A stretch of 64,000 nucleotides of DNA from Eledone cirrhosa (Eukaryota): contig OZ024741.1 of NCBI GenBank assembly GCA_964016885.1, forward strand, positions 285,510,001-285,574,000. The letters are read 5' to 3'. The notes under the pieces are model-generated. The model was given only the letters and a program-made list of their open reading frames with translations, did no database searches and was not told the DNA's origin. The position numbers were made by a program, and so were the translations under genes. Below, piece after piece: positions 43,660 through 60,199 of this stretch. How positions within the stretch are numbered: position 1 is the stretch's first letter; every line of letters starts with the position of its first letter.

Positions 43660-43938
43660 GAGGCACGTGACCTAGTTGTAAGGGTGTTGGACTTGCAATC
43701 ATAATGTCGTAGGTTCGATTCATGGGTTGCGTGCTGTGTTCTTGAAACAAACACTTCGTTTCAAGTTGCTCCAGTATACTCAACTGAAAATAAGTACCAC
43801 CAATAACTGGGGGGTGTTACCCTGCGATATACTGGCGTACTGTCCAGGGGTGAATCTTGTACTCTCAGTGCCTTCAGCCATGAAAGCGGGATAAGCACCG
43901 GCCAAGTGAGCCTTCTGGCTCAAGACAGACTTTAGACC
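43660..43938 (+). mobile_element. Second tRNA-derived SINE family (CORE/V-like body)
   Basis: A box TGACCTAGTTG, B box GGTTCGATTC, tgtgttcttga..acact, accctgcgat..actggcgt..gtccagggg. Confidence 0.65.
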
Positions 43939-44448
43939 TATATATATATATGTATATATATATATATGTATATATATATACATATATATATATATAGGGA
44001 AAGGAAGCTCTTAAGAGTCAATAGCCATCCAAAATCACCGGGAGAGATGACCCCTTAGCCTTTGTCAAGGCAGAATTCTAGGAGAAGGAAAACTCTGATA
44101 TAACACCTGCAACCCTGATGGTATCCAATGATGTTGACTTGTTCTTCTTTTTGGTAAATATCATCTTGGTTAAGAGAGTGGGACTGGCTTTGTGCAGTGC
44201 CTTTGCTCACTATAAAAGCTTCACAGCACAGGCATTGCTTTATATCTGGAGATCTCTCTGCACTTGTCATCACATGGTACCATGGGCCCTGCACTATGTG
44301 TCAATAATGGTCACAAGTGTAGTCTTTGTACCAGAGTTTTCAAGTCGCTGGCTGGACTAAAAAGTCACATTCGTTCAGCGCATCGGTAGGGGTTCTCCTA
44401 CATGGATATAAAGTAGTGGCCGTACTCGAAAACGAGTTGGCAGCCACC

Positions 44449-44486
<38 letters not shown>

Positions 44487-44741
44487 TTCATTTTCGTTCC
44501 AAAATTGTTACCAAGATACCTATAGGTTTGTCTTGTTTACTCTCTTTATTTTTGTGCTCTTTTTACTTTCCTTGGACAACCTTTTATTTTCTGTATCTAT
44601 CCTATCTCTATTTTCGTATTCCTGAAGAAGGGAAGAACCCGACACATCGAACTTTCTTCCCCTTTTCCATATAAAGCGTGGAACCAATAAGAATTGTTGT
44701 ACCCCTGTTTGCTTTTTCCTTGAACTAGATATATACATTCG

Positions 44742-44809
<68 letters not shown>

Positions 44810-45062
44810 ATATATTAACAAATGGAAACTATATTTATAAAACCATATTTATTTCATTATACATATTTCAAGGGCCACCAAGGTAAACTATGGTGCGCTT
44901 TCATCAGATAAAATATAATATAGGTTAGTTTTATAAATAAATATTGACATACCCTTAAAAAATGCAACCATTCTGGTTGGAATCTATCCAGGAGATTCCA
45001 ACCAGAATGGTTGCATTTTTTAAGGGTATATCAATATTTATTTATAAAACTAACCTATATTA

Positions 45063-45111
45063 TATTTTATCTGATGAAAGCGCACCATAGTTTACCTTGG
45101 TGGCCCTTGAA

Positions 45112-45128
<17 letters not shown>
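45063..45128 (+). ncRNA. Minimal type I hammerhead (family C)
   Basis: TATTTTAT-CTGATGA-AAG..CACCA..TGGTG..CTT-GAAA TA tg TA TA-ATGAAATA; homolog 56663-56728 keeps core and stem I with different stem II. Confidence 0.72.
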
Positions 45129-46158
<1,030 letters not shown>

Positions 46159-46228
46159 ATGTATATATACATATATGTATATATGTATATAATTTCATTA
46201 TACATGTATGTATATATATATGTATACG

Positions 46229-46301
<73 letters not shown>

Positions 46302-46315
46302 GTATACATATATAT

Positions 46316-46373
<58 letters not shown>

Positions 46374-46396
46374 GTATACATATATATATACATACA

Positions 46397-47100
<704 letters not shown>

Positions 47101-47154
47101 GTGTCGGTAAACAACCAACATATACTCAAAATATATACATATATATATATACAG

Positions 47155-47228
<74 letters not shown>

Positions 47229-47436
47229 CAAGTTCAGTAAATAATACGTCATTTTAATTCCAGTTACATTTCTCTGATAACAATTTCGCTGTTGACACTT
47301 TCAGGTGTTTTACTTTCAGTCAATTACTGCACTATATCCACAAGATAATTTGGAGGATGATTTCCTATAATCAGCTTTATGTTCCATGCATCCCTTACAC
47401 AAGCAAACATACACACATTGAAGACATATATTACGT

Positions 47437-47514
<78 letters not shown>

Positions 47515-48473
47515 ATCTCTCTCTCACCCTCTCTTTCTCACCCTCTCTCTCTCACTCTCTCCCCCCGTCTCTCTCACACACACACACACACTCTTTCTCC
47601 CTCAATATATATATATATATGTTATATGAATATACATCTATATATTTACAGAAACATTCCATCACTACAGATACACAAACACATACAAACGCACGCACTC
47701 ACTCACATATACATATCTATCTAAATATATGTATGTATATATGTATATATATGTTTGTGTGTGTGTATGTGTGTGTGAGTGTGTGTGTGTATGGGTGTAT
47801 GTGTGTGTGCGTGTCTGTGTGTGTTTGTGTGTGTGTGTTCGGGAAAAGTTGTTATGTTAAAAACAGGAGTAAGCCGGATAAAGCACTCTATATTCGCAGT
47901 TTTCTTTTGATAATTTACAACCTCGGGTCTATGGTCAGTTGAAGAAATTAGAATAGCTAATTGACACGTAAATCACGCCTCGCTCCACAAATTGTGAACA
48001 CAATAGCTGGAAGGAGCCTTTTAGGAACTCATATGCTTGTTGGGTTCGCAAGATAAAGGACATGTTTTTATGCCTATAGCATATCACATAACCGGAATTT
48101 CATCCGAAGATATCGTTCCCATACCAACAACAAATGCATATATTGCATCTTGAATTGCTCAATGGAACCATTAAATTAATTATGATTAATAAACGATATA
48201 TGTAATACCAGCATGTTTTTAAATGTTATTCTTATATATATAAGTAAGAATGAAGTCACAGTTATAACATTTATTGACATATTTCAGTCGTTTCAATATA
48301 GATCAGCTGAGGTTACAATCATATTTGGGCCAAAGACCTAAACATTACGGGGTCACCTTAAAACAAAGCTATGTGTGGCGCCTTATTAAGAGACTGTAAC
48401 AAAAATATAACAAAACTTACGGAGCGATATTCACATACGTCTTGACGGACTAAACAACAAAAATAAAATTGAT

Positions 48474-48708
48474 AATAATTGTTTCTACTTTTGGCACAAG
48501 GCCAGCAATTACCCAGTGCATTACTGATACTTTATTTTATCGACCCCGTAAGGATGAAAGGCAAAGTTAACCTCGGCGGGATTCGAACTCAGAATGACAA
48601 GGACCGTAACTATGCTGGAAAGCATGGCGTCCGACCCTCTACCGCTACTGCCAATCCAGTGCATTACTGGTACTTTATTTTATCGACCCCGTAAGGATGA
48701 AAGGCAAA
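48474..48708 (-). mobile_element. tRNA-derived SINE plus partial duplicate
   Basis: Reverse complement of major SINE. Confidence 0.85.
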
Positions 48709-49056
48709 ACAATTCTGTTGCTGCTGTTGAAATATGATACAATACGCTTTAATACGGTTCTTTAACATTTAGAACTTTGCTTCAGGTTTAAATTTCTGTA
48801 TTGAAATCTTATTTCAAACTGTTATAAAGGCTTTTTCTATAGCAAAATTGGTAAAGGAATGAAGAAAGCTAACTAGTTAGACAATTTATTATAGAGAGGT
48901 ATATAGACAATCGGAGAAAATGGGAAATATTTCCATACATAACAGCGTGTACATACGCTTGTATATTCACAAATATATACAGAAAAATAGAACATAAATA
49001 TTTGATATAGATGGAAATTCTCCTTGAATTGCTCAGAAGTCTAGTGTGATAGATAG

Positions 49057-49112
<56 letters not shown>

Positions 49113-49227
49113 GTATATATAACACACACACACATACATGCACCCATACACACACGCAAGGAAAAAAGAGATAGATAGATAGAGTGATATATATATATAT
49201 ATACAGAGAGAGAGAGAGACAGAGAGT

Positions 49228-49314
<87 letters not shown>

Positions 49315-49788
49315 AGACCGATAGAGCGAGAAGAGCGGCTAGGAAGTAGAGAAAGCCTTATTAATGTTGAAGATGGGAATGAAATACAAAATAATTTGGA
49401 AAGAATGAGAAATAGAGATGGAATTCGGAAACATTTGATGGTTAAAGAATGGAAGTAATTTCAGGAACATACATGACAAAAATATTGAAATAATAGCTAA
49501 ACAGACAAAAAAAAAAGGATAATTTCTTGGCTGGAAGTTCAATTTGAATTTATTAAATATAAGCTATTCAATGGCATTTTATATACGGTTTGAGAAATAG
49601 AATTATGATTACATGTTACATACTATTACATATATATAGATACATACACTTTGATGAATACAGACGAAATATATATGCATACACATTTATGTAAATAGAC
49701 GTACACTTACATCAATACATACGAAATCATATATTCATACACACTTGTGTAAACATATTATACTGGTATATCAAAGATATCGTCATTG

Positions 49789-49841
<53 letters not shown>

Positions 49842-50279
49842 GTCATCACCCTTATTTTACGCATACTTTCCATACTTGGCTATAGGAATCGTCACACGTT
49901 CTATTTTAGTGTGGGCTCTTTGACTGGATGCCCTCCCTAACGTTAGCCACGGGTGCCCCATCAATCACCTAAAATTCTAGACTGGGTGTTTTTTATCAGG
50001 TTACCTGCACAACCATATTACACTGTGGTGTTAGATTATAGGTAATATGAGAAAAGGAGGGACCGTATTGGCTGGCGGGAGGGTGGGGGATATAACATAC
50101 AGTTGAGGGAGAGGGTGAACAATGGACCAATCACAGTATACTAAACGTACATCCTTCTTTCCATGCTGCCATGGTATGGTAAGTAAAAGAGGAAGAAAGA
50201 TGGCAGGGGCTACATGTGACAGGATGATGTGGACCTAATATCGTTACAACACTCTGCTTCTACCAACCTCCATATGTAA

Positions 50280-50330
<51 letters not shown>

Positions 50331-50335
<5 letters not shown>

Positions 50336-51335
50336 GGAAAAAATGAAATTTCATTTCTCCCTCTTAGTACGGCTGATACTTAAATATAAGTATGTATACG
50401 TACATATATATATGTATACAGACGTACATTAGTATGTATATACATACATACATGCACACACACATATATATATATATATATGTACGTATGGGTTTACCGA
50501 ATATTTATTATAATGCTCGGTTTGTTTGTAAACAAACAGCCCGAATTATTAGCCGTACAGTGTTCCGCAACCATCGTTGCCATTTTGTTCAACACTGACA
50601 AAGGAACGATGAAGTAGTTTCTAGCTTATTAGCTGTCATCAGCACCGTATACCTTCCTGTCAGTTGATTGAAAGTTTGAAAGTATATACTTTCCTTATGA
50701 ATATTAACGCCTGAGCAGCCTAATTTGCATATAGAGTGAGTTAGTCGGCCGGGCATACCGAAAACGATAAATGAAAAAAATGAAATTTCATTTCTCACTC
50801 TTATTTCTGCTGATACCTAAATATAAGTATGTATATGTACATACATATATGTATACAGACGTACAGTAGTATGTATATACATACATACATGCACACATAT
50901 ATATATGTATGTATATACATACTACTGTACGTCTGTATACATATATATATATGTACGTATTCATATTTATATTTAAGTCCGTCCGGCCGACTAACTCACT
51001 CTATATGCAAATTAGGCTGATCAGCCGTTAATATGCATAAGGAAAGTATATACTTTCAAACGTTAAATCAACTGACAGGAAGGTATACGGTGCTGATGAC
51101 AGCTATTAAGCTAGAAACTAATTCATCGTTCCTTTGTCAGTGTTGAACAAAATGGCAACGATGGTTGCTGAAAACTGTACGGCTAATAATCCGGGCTGTT
51201 TGTTTACAAACAAACCGAGCATCATAATAAATGTTCGGTAAACCCATACGTACATATATATATATATATGTATGTATATACATACTACTGTACGTCTGTA
51301 TACATATATGTATGTACGTATACATATATTTATTT
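50331..51335. mobile_element. Family L tandem + inverted structure with HHR core
   Basis: 50480-50750 inverted at 50983-51255; 50331-50460 repeated directly at 50769-50897; CTGATGA-cAGCT..AGCTa-GAAAC at 51093-51118. Confidence 0.8.
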
Positions 51336-51356
51336 ATATATATATATATATATATA

Positions 51357-52455
51357 ATATAAAGATTTACATATACATAAAGTCATAGATATATATGTGG
51401 CAACCGGTCACGTTGTGGCTCAATGAAGAATTAATAAATTAAATAATCAGAGCAATATATTATAAATCATGTCCTTAGAATTATTAGATAAATATATATA
51501 CCATTTCCTCTCCCAATTAGCATAATTAACCATATAAAAAATCAATTAGACCAGTCTATAAGAATAAAGGCTCCTATGAAGAAATTTTCAACAAATAACC
51601 GAAAGCGGCCTCTTCGCGGTGACCTCAATAGAGTATTTATCCAACATTTCAACAGCATGTAGAAACTGACTAAATATACCGTCAACCATACACAATTAGG
51701 TGTAAATTCAAACTTAGGAGAAATGTGTACATACCGTAATTATATCTCTACCATGGTTTCGTCCGTATTTTTATCTAATAATTCTAAGGACATGATTTAT
51801 GATATATTGCTCTAATTATTTAATTTATTAATTCTTCATTGAGCCACAACGTGACCGGTTGTCACATATATATATATATGACTTTGTGTATATGTAAATT
51901 TTTATATTTAATAATCTCCCGTTAGGTTGAGATACAATTGGGCGATATTGGGCTGCGCTTTCTAGCAACAAGCCTACCCGCCGTAAGCAACTAATCACAT
52001 TCTTTCTAACTTGACCACTGCCACGTCACGATTCTTAGCCATTTTTGAATCTATTTTTGGCGCGATCACTTTGGAAAATTAACTTCCAATCTTGAGTTTT
52101 CTCCTGATGAGCCTGTTACTCTGGATACATCCTAATAATAGGATATCTAAAAATACGGACGAAACCATGGTAGAGATATAATTACGGTATGTACACATTT
52201 CTTCTAAGTTTGAATTTACACCTAATTGTGTATGGTTGACGGTATATTTAGTCAGTTTCTACATGCTGTTGAAATGTTGGATAAATACTCTATTGGGGTC
52301 ACCGGGAAGAGGCCACTTTCGGTTATTTGTCGAACATTTCTTCATAGGAGTCTTTATTCTTATAGCCTGGTCTAATTGATTTTTTATATGGTTAATTATG
52401 CTAATTGGGAGAGGAAATGGTATATATTTTATCTAATAATTCTAAGGATTTATGA
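51357..52455. mobile_element. Family M inverted + permuted tandem structure
   Basis: 51357-51492 inverted at 51771-51908; 51476-51772 inverted at 52149-52447. Confidence 0.85.
52100..52176 (+). ncRNA. Type I hammerhead (family M)
   Basis: TCTC-CTGATGA-gcctgt...acggac-GAAAC CATG GTA-GAGA. Confidence 0.72.
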
Positions 52456-52597
52456 TATATATATATATATAAATTTTTGCCGCTCTACATGGCTGAATAC
52501 AATAAATGTAATCTGAATTTTTCAAATATTTATAATAATATTCGATTCTTTTGTAACTATGCAAGCAAGCCTCATTGTGTTGGCATGTAAACAGAAA

Positions 52598-52639
52598 TGC
52601 AGACACTAATGTTTCTGGGTTATACTCTTCATCAGTACA
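52598..52639 (-). ncRNA. Minimal hammerhead (family N, inside inverted repeat 52501-52803)
   Basis: Minus: TGTA-CTGATGA-agagt ataa ccca-GAAAC A ttag T GTC-TGCA. Confidence 0.65.
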
Positions 52640-52922
52640 GTTCACTGTTTACCTTTACATGTAGTTCTGTTTACATGCCAACATAAGAGCAAGAATGAGG
52701 GGCGCATTCTACTGATATAGCTTTAAAATTGAGGCTCGTTTGCATAGTTGCAAACGAATCGAATATCATTATTAATAGTAAAAAAACTCAGATTACATTT
52801 ATTATATATAAATATATATGTACAATGATATTAAATAAATGGAAACTATATTTATAAAACCATATTTATTCTATTATATATATTTCAAGGGTACCAACAT
52901 TTTGGTACGCTGTATATATATA

Positions 52923-53099
52923 TAATTGTTTCTACATTTGGCACAAGGCCAGCAATTACCCAGTGCATTACTGGTACTTTATTTTATCGACCCCGTAAGG
53001 ATGAAAGGCAAAGTTAACCTCGGCGGGATTTGAACTCAGGCCGTAAAGGGGCGTAACTATGCTGGAAAGCAAGGTGCCTGAACCGCCACTGATACTGCC
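52923..53099 (-). mobile_element. tRNA-derived SINE
   Basis: Reverse complement of major SINE. Confidence 0.85.
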
Positions 53100-53486
53100 T
53101 CAATACGTTAAAGGAATTGTATATTTGCTATTAATATCAGCAAAGTGCTCAAGCACAGAAATGCTATAAAGATACCTCATAAAATAGGAAAAAAGAAATT
53201 GCCATCGTCCGCTATGAGGAATTAAACCCCATATCTTCCACATGTCTGCTGACATCTGTAAGTTGTTGTCCAATTAATTAGTTAAAATGACGGGAAGGGA
53301 TTTACCATGGATCATTAGCTTATTGTTTAAAGCGTCTAACAGGTATCTGGAAGTTGGCAACCTCTTTTTCCGTCTTAAAGGGTCTTCACCGTATTTTATA
53401 AGCTATCTTTATAGCATTTCTGAGCTTGAGCACTTTCGTTACACACACACACGTACCGGCGCGCGCACACACACACACACGTATAT

Positions 53487-53577
<91 letters not shown>

Positions 53578-54528
53578 GTTGATATATATATACATTTCTA
53601 TTCAATAAAGGTAATCGGATTAAATATCTTATTGCTATTCATCTGGCCCCAGGCTCATTGCTTTTTAGCGTGGAGAGATGAAACTTCCATGGATAGGAAA
53701 CTAATGATATTGAATAAAGAAACCTTGCTCACGTCTATACTTTGTAGAGTTACTTCTGCACTCTTTCACACACACAAACACAGAAACACACACAAACGCA
53801 CAGACGCACACACACATACGTGACACCCATTTTCCTTTCCAACACGTAATTCAAAGCTTAAAATGGCGATTTTACTTATGTGAACATTTTAACCAAATCT
53901 CCCATAACGTTAACCTGTCATATCATACTCAAGGTTCTATCTGTTTCCGATTCATTCACATCGGATACTATAACTGTTGCACATTTAAAAAAAAACCTCA
54001 TAGATAATAAAGCGACTTTAACGTAAATAATTAAATCCATGCCACAAATTTGTCTTTGATATTTCTATATATTTATCAAATACATTTGTTTCAATTGTTA
54101 TTTATTATCATTTCTTTTTTTCCCGTCACATACATTCTTTCTTACAAGCTTATTTTATTATCCATCTAATTCTGTGGCCTATGTAAGAATATCATTTTGT
54201 TATCATTCACCATCTATTTCTCGTTCTATCTGTTTTTCCTGCCCCACATTCACCTGCTCTTCTAAGTTCCGCTTTGCTTCGTTGTCTCGTTTTTGAGATC
54301 ACACGACATAATGAAAAACTCATTTTACCCCAAAGTCATGTACACGATAAAATAGAATTGAAAGCTGTCATCCGTTAAAGAATTGTAGCATAAAGTGCTT
54401 AACCAATAGCATGTGAATATCGATTAACTTTATAAATGAATTTACATGATTCTCACGAATTTGAAAGAATAGGAATATGTATATAACATACATAGATACA
54501 TATATATATACATATATATATATATATG

Positions 54529-54637
<109 letters not shown>

Positions 54638-54702
54638 TTATAAATATATATATATTAAAATATCTATATATTTATATATATCTATATATGTATTTATGTA
54701 TG

Positions 54703-54743
<41 letters not shown>

Positions 54744-54746
54744 ATT

Positions 54747-54795
54747 GAGCGGGTTGGACGCTTTCATTCGCTAGACAGTGGATATATATCTTCAG
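54747..54795 (-). ncRNA. Hammerhead-like core truncated at (TA)n
   Basis: Minus: CTGAAGA...GAAA GCG tccaacc CGC TC, then microsatellite; stem I missing. Confidence 0.45.
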
Positions 54796-56182
54796 GGAAA
54801 AAAGAAAAACATGATACCATAGCCATGTCATCTTTCTTAAACTCTGCTTAAATTACCATTCATTCAGGTTGTATTGGCAACCACTTACACACTACCATTT
54901 ATTACGCTCCACCATTGAACCCATCTTTAATCGCTCCTCCCTCTTACTCATGCTCCCGGTCTTCCGTTCTTCCCTTGTTTAGATCCGTTCTTTCGATCAA
55001 GATCTCCTTCCACCTTCTACACCTTATTGACTAGTACACTTCAATTTCCTGACCTTTACCAAGAAATACAAGCCCCACTAAACCTTCCACCCTTGCGATC
55101 ATGCAATGCCTTCATTAACTTACCCTAGTACCATCGTCAGTGACACTATAATCAAACGTCCCACTCAACCTCACCTACCACCATTCTTGCCTACTCACAC
55201 ATACCTACGATGCTACACAATCCTGACTTATTCCTGTCTGAAGCCTGAGTGCTCTCTGCCCAGTAGAAATATATGCTTCGTACCTATTACATCTTCCTGT
55301 GCCAAAATTCGTACGCGTACCAGTGTTCAACGTTTCTTGCTTCTTGAAACAATCATTAAATGTAATATTAAGGCTGTAAGTTGGCGGAGTTAATAGAACA
55401 TCGTATAGAATGCTTTCCGGTATTTGTTTCGGCTCTTTGATCTCTGCGTTCAACGTTGATAAAATCAACTATAGTTATTGAATGCCCCTTTTTTTTATCG
55501 CCCCTGGAAGGATGATAAGTAAAGTTGAACTCGGCAGGATTTGAAATCATTTCGTACGACGCTCTATCAATTCTGCCAATCGCCTACCTTTAAGAGAGAT
55601 ATAATATATCAAAAGCTGTTATATCAACGTAACGATCATAATCTGCGTTATATTAAATATATTTTTCAATAACTGAATTAACTCATTTTTGTTTTGTAAC
55701 CGATGATTCTTAATAAACACTGGTGAATCATCGCATTATCGTGTCATTCTATGATATATTTAAAATTGCAGCGATCTATAATATTATTCTATCTATATAA
55801 AGCTTCGAACATATTAAATTTTAAATATGGAACGAAATCAAAGACAAAATCCAATTTATACACAATATTTAGATTGTGTATATTACACAGAAGGCAATTA
55901 ATTGAATGGTAAATATTTTACCTAAAGTGCGATTTAGTTATCTATCTATTTATAATCTATCTATCAATACATCCATCGCTCTCTTTCTCTCTTTAACTCT
56001 CTCTCCCTCTCTTACTCGTTCTCTCTTTCCCCTCTCTCTCTTTATATATATATATATATATATATATATGTTATATATGTATATATATTTATCCCGGGTT
56101 CAATCGGGGGTACCCACAGTAAATGGTAGCAGAGGATAAATATTTAATATAGGACTAGAACTGTTCTAGTCCTTTAGAAGCC

Positions 56183-56243
<61 letters not shown>

Positions 56244-56856
56244 TAGCTCGGCCGTCGGTGTCCCGCATCCTTCATATTACCACTCTCTACTACCTCGTAT
56301 CGAGTACTATGGTGAGTAATGGTCTACAAGATTTTACTGCATCCTTTATGACTTATATATACTCAGGGTAGTAGAGTGTGGTAATATGAACGATTTGGGC
56401 CCTGGCAGCTTAGTTCCTGCCGTTTCAACAGCTATTTCCGAACTCACACACACACACACACACACACACCCCCCCCCCCCCCCCATACCCCCCCCCCCAT
56501 ATATATATATATATATTGCCAAATATACTATACATACATTCATGTATACATCGCTATTTCAGAGCACCAATTCTAATACCATATATATATTTTTTTTTTT
56601 AAAAGGAAGTTGCATTCTCAAAAGGTATGTCACTAATTATTTATAAAACAGCTTATGTATTGTATTTTGTCTGAGGAAGGCATAACATATTTTTAATATG
56701 ATATCCCAGAAATATATATAACTAAATAAATATGGTTTTATAAATATAGTTTCCATTTGTTTAATATCGTAAACCTACTCCAGAAACTGTCGAGTGCTTT
56801 TATATCAGTTATAAAATATTTACTCGTTGTAACCCAACAATCTTAAATAAAACTTT

Positions 56857-56911
<55 letters not shown>

Positions 56912-57499
56912 TTATTAAGAAGTGCGCCAATCTGCTGAGTTGTACGATAAATTTATATCTGTATTGTTACGGAATGTGTAACCGAGATTTCACCAATGTG
57001 TACATAAATATAAACATTTTAAATATATGAATATGTACCGATACCAGAAATAACAGTTTCCCCGTAAATTAAAAAAGAATGATCGGAAGTGTATAAATCC
57101 TGTAAACAATCACAAGGAAACACATATCAAATACATGTTTCTTTGTGGAAATATGTATTTGATGCAGACGGAGAAGTAAAAACTACAGAATATTCCAGGG
57201 TTTGAAGTCCTCCACCAAATATGTGAACAAAAGACCTGGACTGTTCAGAAAATACCCACGCATGAACACACAAACTCTCAGTTTTACAAACCTACAACTA
57301 CCACGATACGTATTATTGCATACACAAATATACATATACTACGTTTCGAAAACACTCATTAATATAATAAAAATACGCTTTACAAAATAAGCACAGAATT
57401 ACCTAGACAAATACGTCAGTCATCTTTGTGATATTGATTCCTGAATGAAGGTCTCGCATGTCGAAGTCAACATTCAGAAACTAAGCCAAAAGCGGGATT

Positions 57500-57955
57500 G
57501 GAAAAAGAATGGTAGCTACGAAACCGTGTTGAAGTTAAGTGTACTATAAAATTCCAGGGCTGGATATTGCAAAGAGTGGTCTGTTTTTTTTATCACTTCT
57601 ACGGATTCATTCAACATACTAATATAATTAGTATTGTACAAAATATAAACTGGTGTCAAAGAATTCCATTCGGATGTTTATGCAGAAACTTGCCTAAAAC
57701 AACAACTACAATTGTTCAGAGACGTTATCGATATATATAGGACATTACTGGAGAAATAATCAGGAAGTTATACAGAAGCAACTATTCTGGGAACCAACTC
57801 ACCGGAGACGCAGTAGTGAAGACCTGCTCGAATCTTCATCGATCTACTATCAGACGATACAAACCTCAGTAGGGAGCAGCTGCCAGGAGCAATAGAAAAT
57901 CGAGAATTGTGAAGAGACTTCATCATGAATGCTCGACTGTGGTCGCCATGATGAT
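57500..57955 (+). mobile_element. Old RTE-clade LINE 3' remnant
   Basis: GHYWR..QEVIQKQLFWEPTH.RR and, after a frameshift, FIDLLSDDTNL...L..A...RE; left boundary uncertain. Confidence 0.65.
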
Positions 57956-58188
57956 CTATCTATGTATAAATCAATGATTCTATCTATCTATCGCTGATAG
58001 TAGACTGTGTTACTTCGGCTGCAGCCTTTTGGATTTGTATTACGTTTTTGACTGTGAGTTTGTTTTTCATTTGCTTTATTTGTGTGACCTAACCTCCCGC
58101 CTGGACTTGCAGACGGGTGGTTATTTTATTTTTATCCCTTTTTGCGGGTAAAAACTACTTTGAAAAATTTGTATACCAACTTACAATA

Positions 58189-59822
58189 ATGGACACCATA
58201 CATGAAAACACAACTGCCACGCCCTCCAGGGAAAGTAATAAAGAGCAACAAGTAACTCAACCTACTGAAGCTTCCCATCTCTCGCTTTCGCATGCGAGTT
58301 GATTTGGCGAACAATTCTAAAATCTTGGGTAATAACCCAAACAATGGAAACAGCAATTGAAAGAATATATAAATTACACTGACACCAACAACACCAACAC
58401 AAATAACAAAGAAAATAACACAAACACACACAAAAGCGAAAATAGCAGCAACAATGACAAAGAAAACAACATAAATGTGAACTCAAAACCCGAAAAAATA
58501 GGTGAATACCCAAAAAACTGTACCGTAAACAACAACAACCAAAATGCAAACACACAAGAAAACAAGAACAACAGCAATGAAACACACATAAAAGACCCCA
58601 CTACACGAATATCCTTTTCCCAGGTCGTTAAGGAGACCGAAACTTTCACCCCAGTTGTTTTCTCCCCTCTTTTAGCAATTCCGCTGCATTACTATGCAGC
58701 GGAATTGCTAAAAGAGGGGAGAAAACAGGTGAGCTTTGGTGAAAACGGTGATTTCACCATAATCTCCCCTAAGGATATTAAAAGAGACATGGTCCGAAGG
58801 ACAATGAATTTTAGAACTATATCAAATGCGTTGAAAAAACCATCTCAATTATCGCATATCGAAATTGAGCTGGTGTTAAAAGACGCGTTGAAGGACATGA
58901 TTTTTATTGAGAGAGGGAAGTTATATGGGAGTCTGACAATTTTGATGAAGGACCAATTGGTGGCCCAAAAATACTCGGTGTCACCAATTGTGTCCAAACA
59001 GTACACTTTCTTCCCCACCTACATGGGGAAGAAAACTAAAACAATAACAATCTCCGGTATACACCTAAATACAAATATGTGGTAGATACTAGGAAGGATA
59101 CTGGACGACGAAGATGAACTCCTTGATATAGGCAAAACCACCAGGGACCACTTTGGCGGTATAGGCATAGAGTTTCTGGTTCGAATGAAACGTATCGCAA
59201 AGATACTCCAAAGAGTGTCCCTGGAAGGCTCCCAATTTATGAACATTGCAGTTGAGAGGAGGCGGCCCGCTTGCTACCTCTGTGGAGGCAGAGGTCACCT
59301 GAGGGCTGCCTGTCCTCAACAAACTAAAAGACCTTTACTTCCAACACCTCCAAAAACACCACCACCACCACCACCACCACCACCACTACAACAACAACAA
59401 CAACAAACACAAGTCAACAAAATACTGAACATGGACCCACCCAACCCCTCCACACCCATAACAACTCCACAAACAAAAACACAATCACCACCACCACCAC
59501 CACCCCAAAAACAACAAACACAACAAGTCAACAAAAAACTGAACACGGTCCCATAACCCCTCCCCACCTAAAAAAAACTCCAACAACATACATAACAAAA
59601 CCCCAAAATATAACCCTCCCCTCCAACATGGAAGAGGATCCCTTAACGTCAGAAGACGAGGGGGAACCCTTCCAAAAAATAAAGCGAAAAAAAAGAAAAC
59701 ACACCGCACCCACACAAAGGAAAATAACCCCTCCCCAAAATAAAAGTAAAAAAATACAAAACAAAAACCAACAAAAATTACACAGACACAGCTATACACA
59801 TACTTCAACACAAAAAATATAA
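58189..59822 (+). pseudogene. LINE ORF1 (gag-like zinc knuckle), disrupted
   Basis: SFSQVVK motif, CYLCGGRGHLRAACP, Pro/Gln-rich and basic C-terminus; stops and frameshifts. Confidence 0.8.
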
Positions 59823-60199
59823 AACTTGTAAACAAAATTGAACAAAACCTTTCGGTTTGCACCGAAGGGCCAAATTTCACTAGTGCCACAGAGAACCCCT
59901 CTTTAAAAATTATTAAATCTCCGATAGACATTTATATAGAACTAAAAGACAATTTTCCTGAGGACGTGGGGCGCCCCTGTGTAAAACCAATGAATCGAGT
60001 CCTCTTGAAAAATTTCCCCACCCCCACCCAGAAACCCACACCACACCAAACACCCCAAACCCACCACACTCTGATGTCCCCACACCACCATAAACCACCA
60101 CCCACCCAACAACACCCTCCCACACCCCCATGGAAATTGTGCGGCCTGGTCCCCGGGACGCAGAGAGGTAGGTGCCTCCTTTTTCTCTTTACCACCAAC

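Noticed and set aside
43997-44445. Possible RTE-type 5' UTR fragment
   Set aside because: Resemblance from recall only; no ORF motif or second copy.
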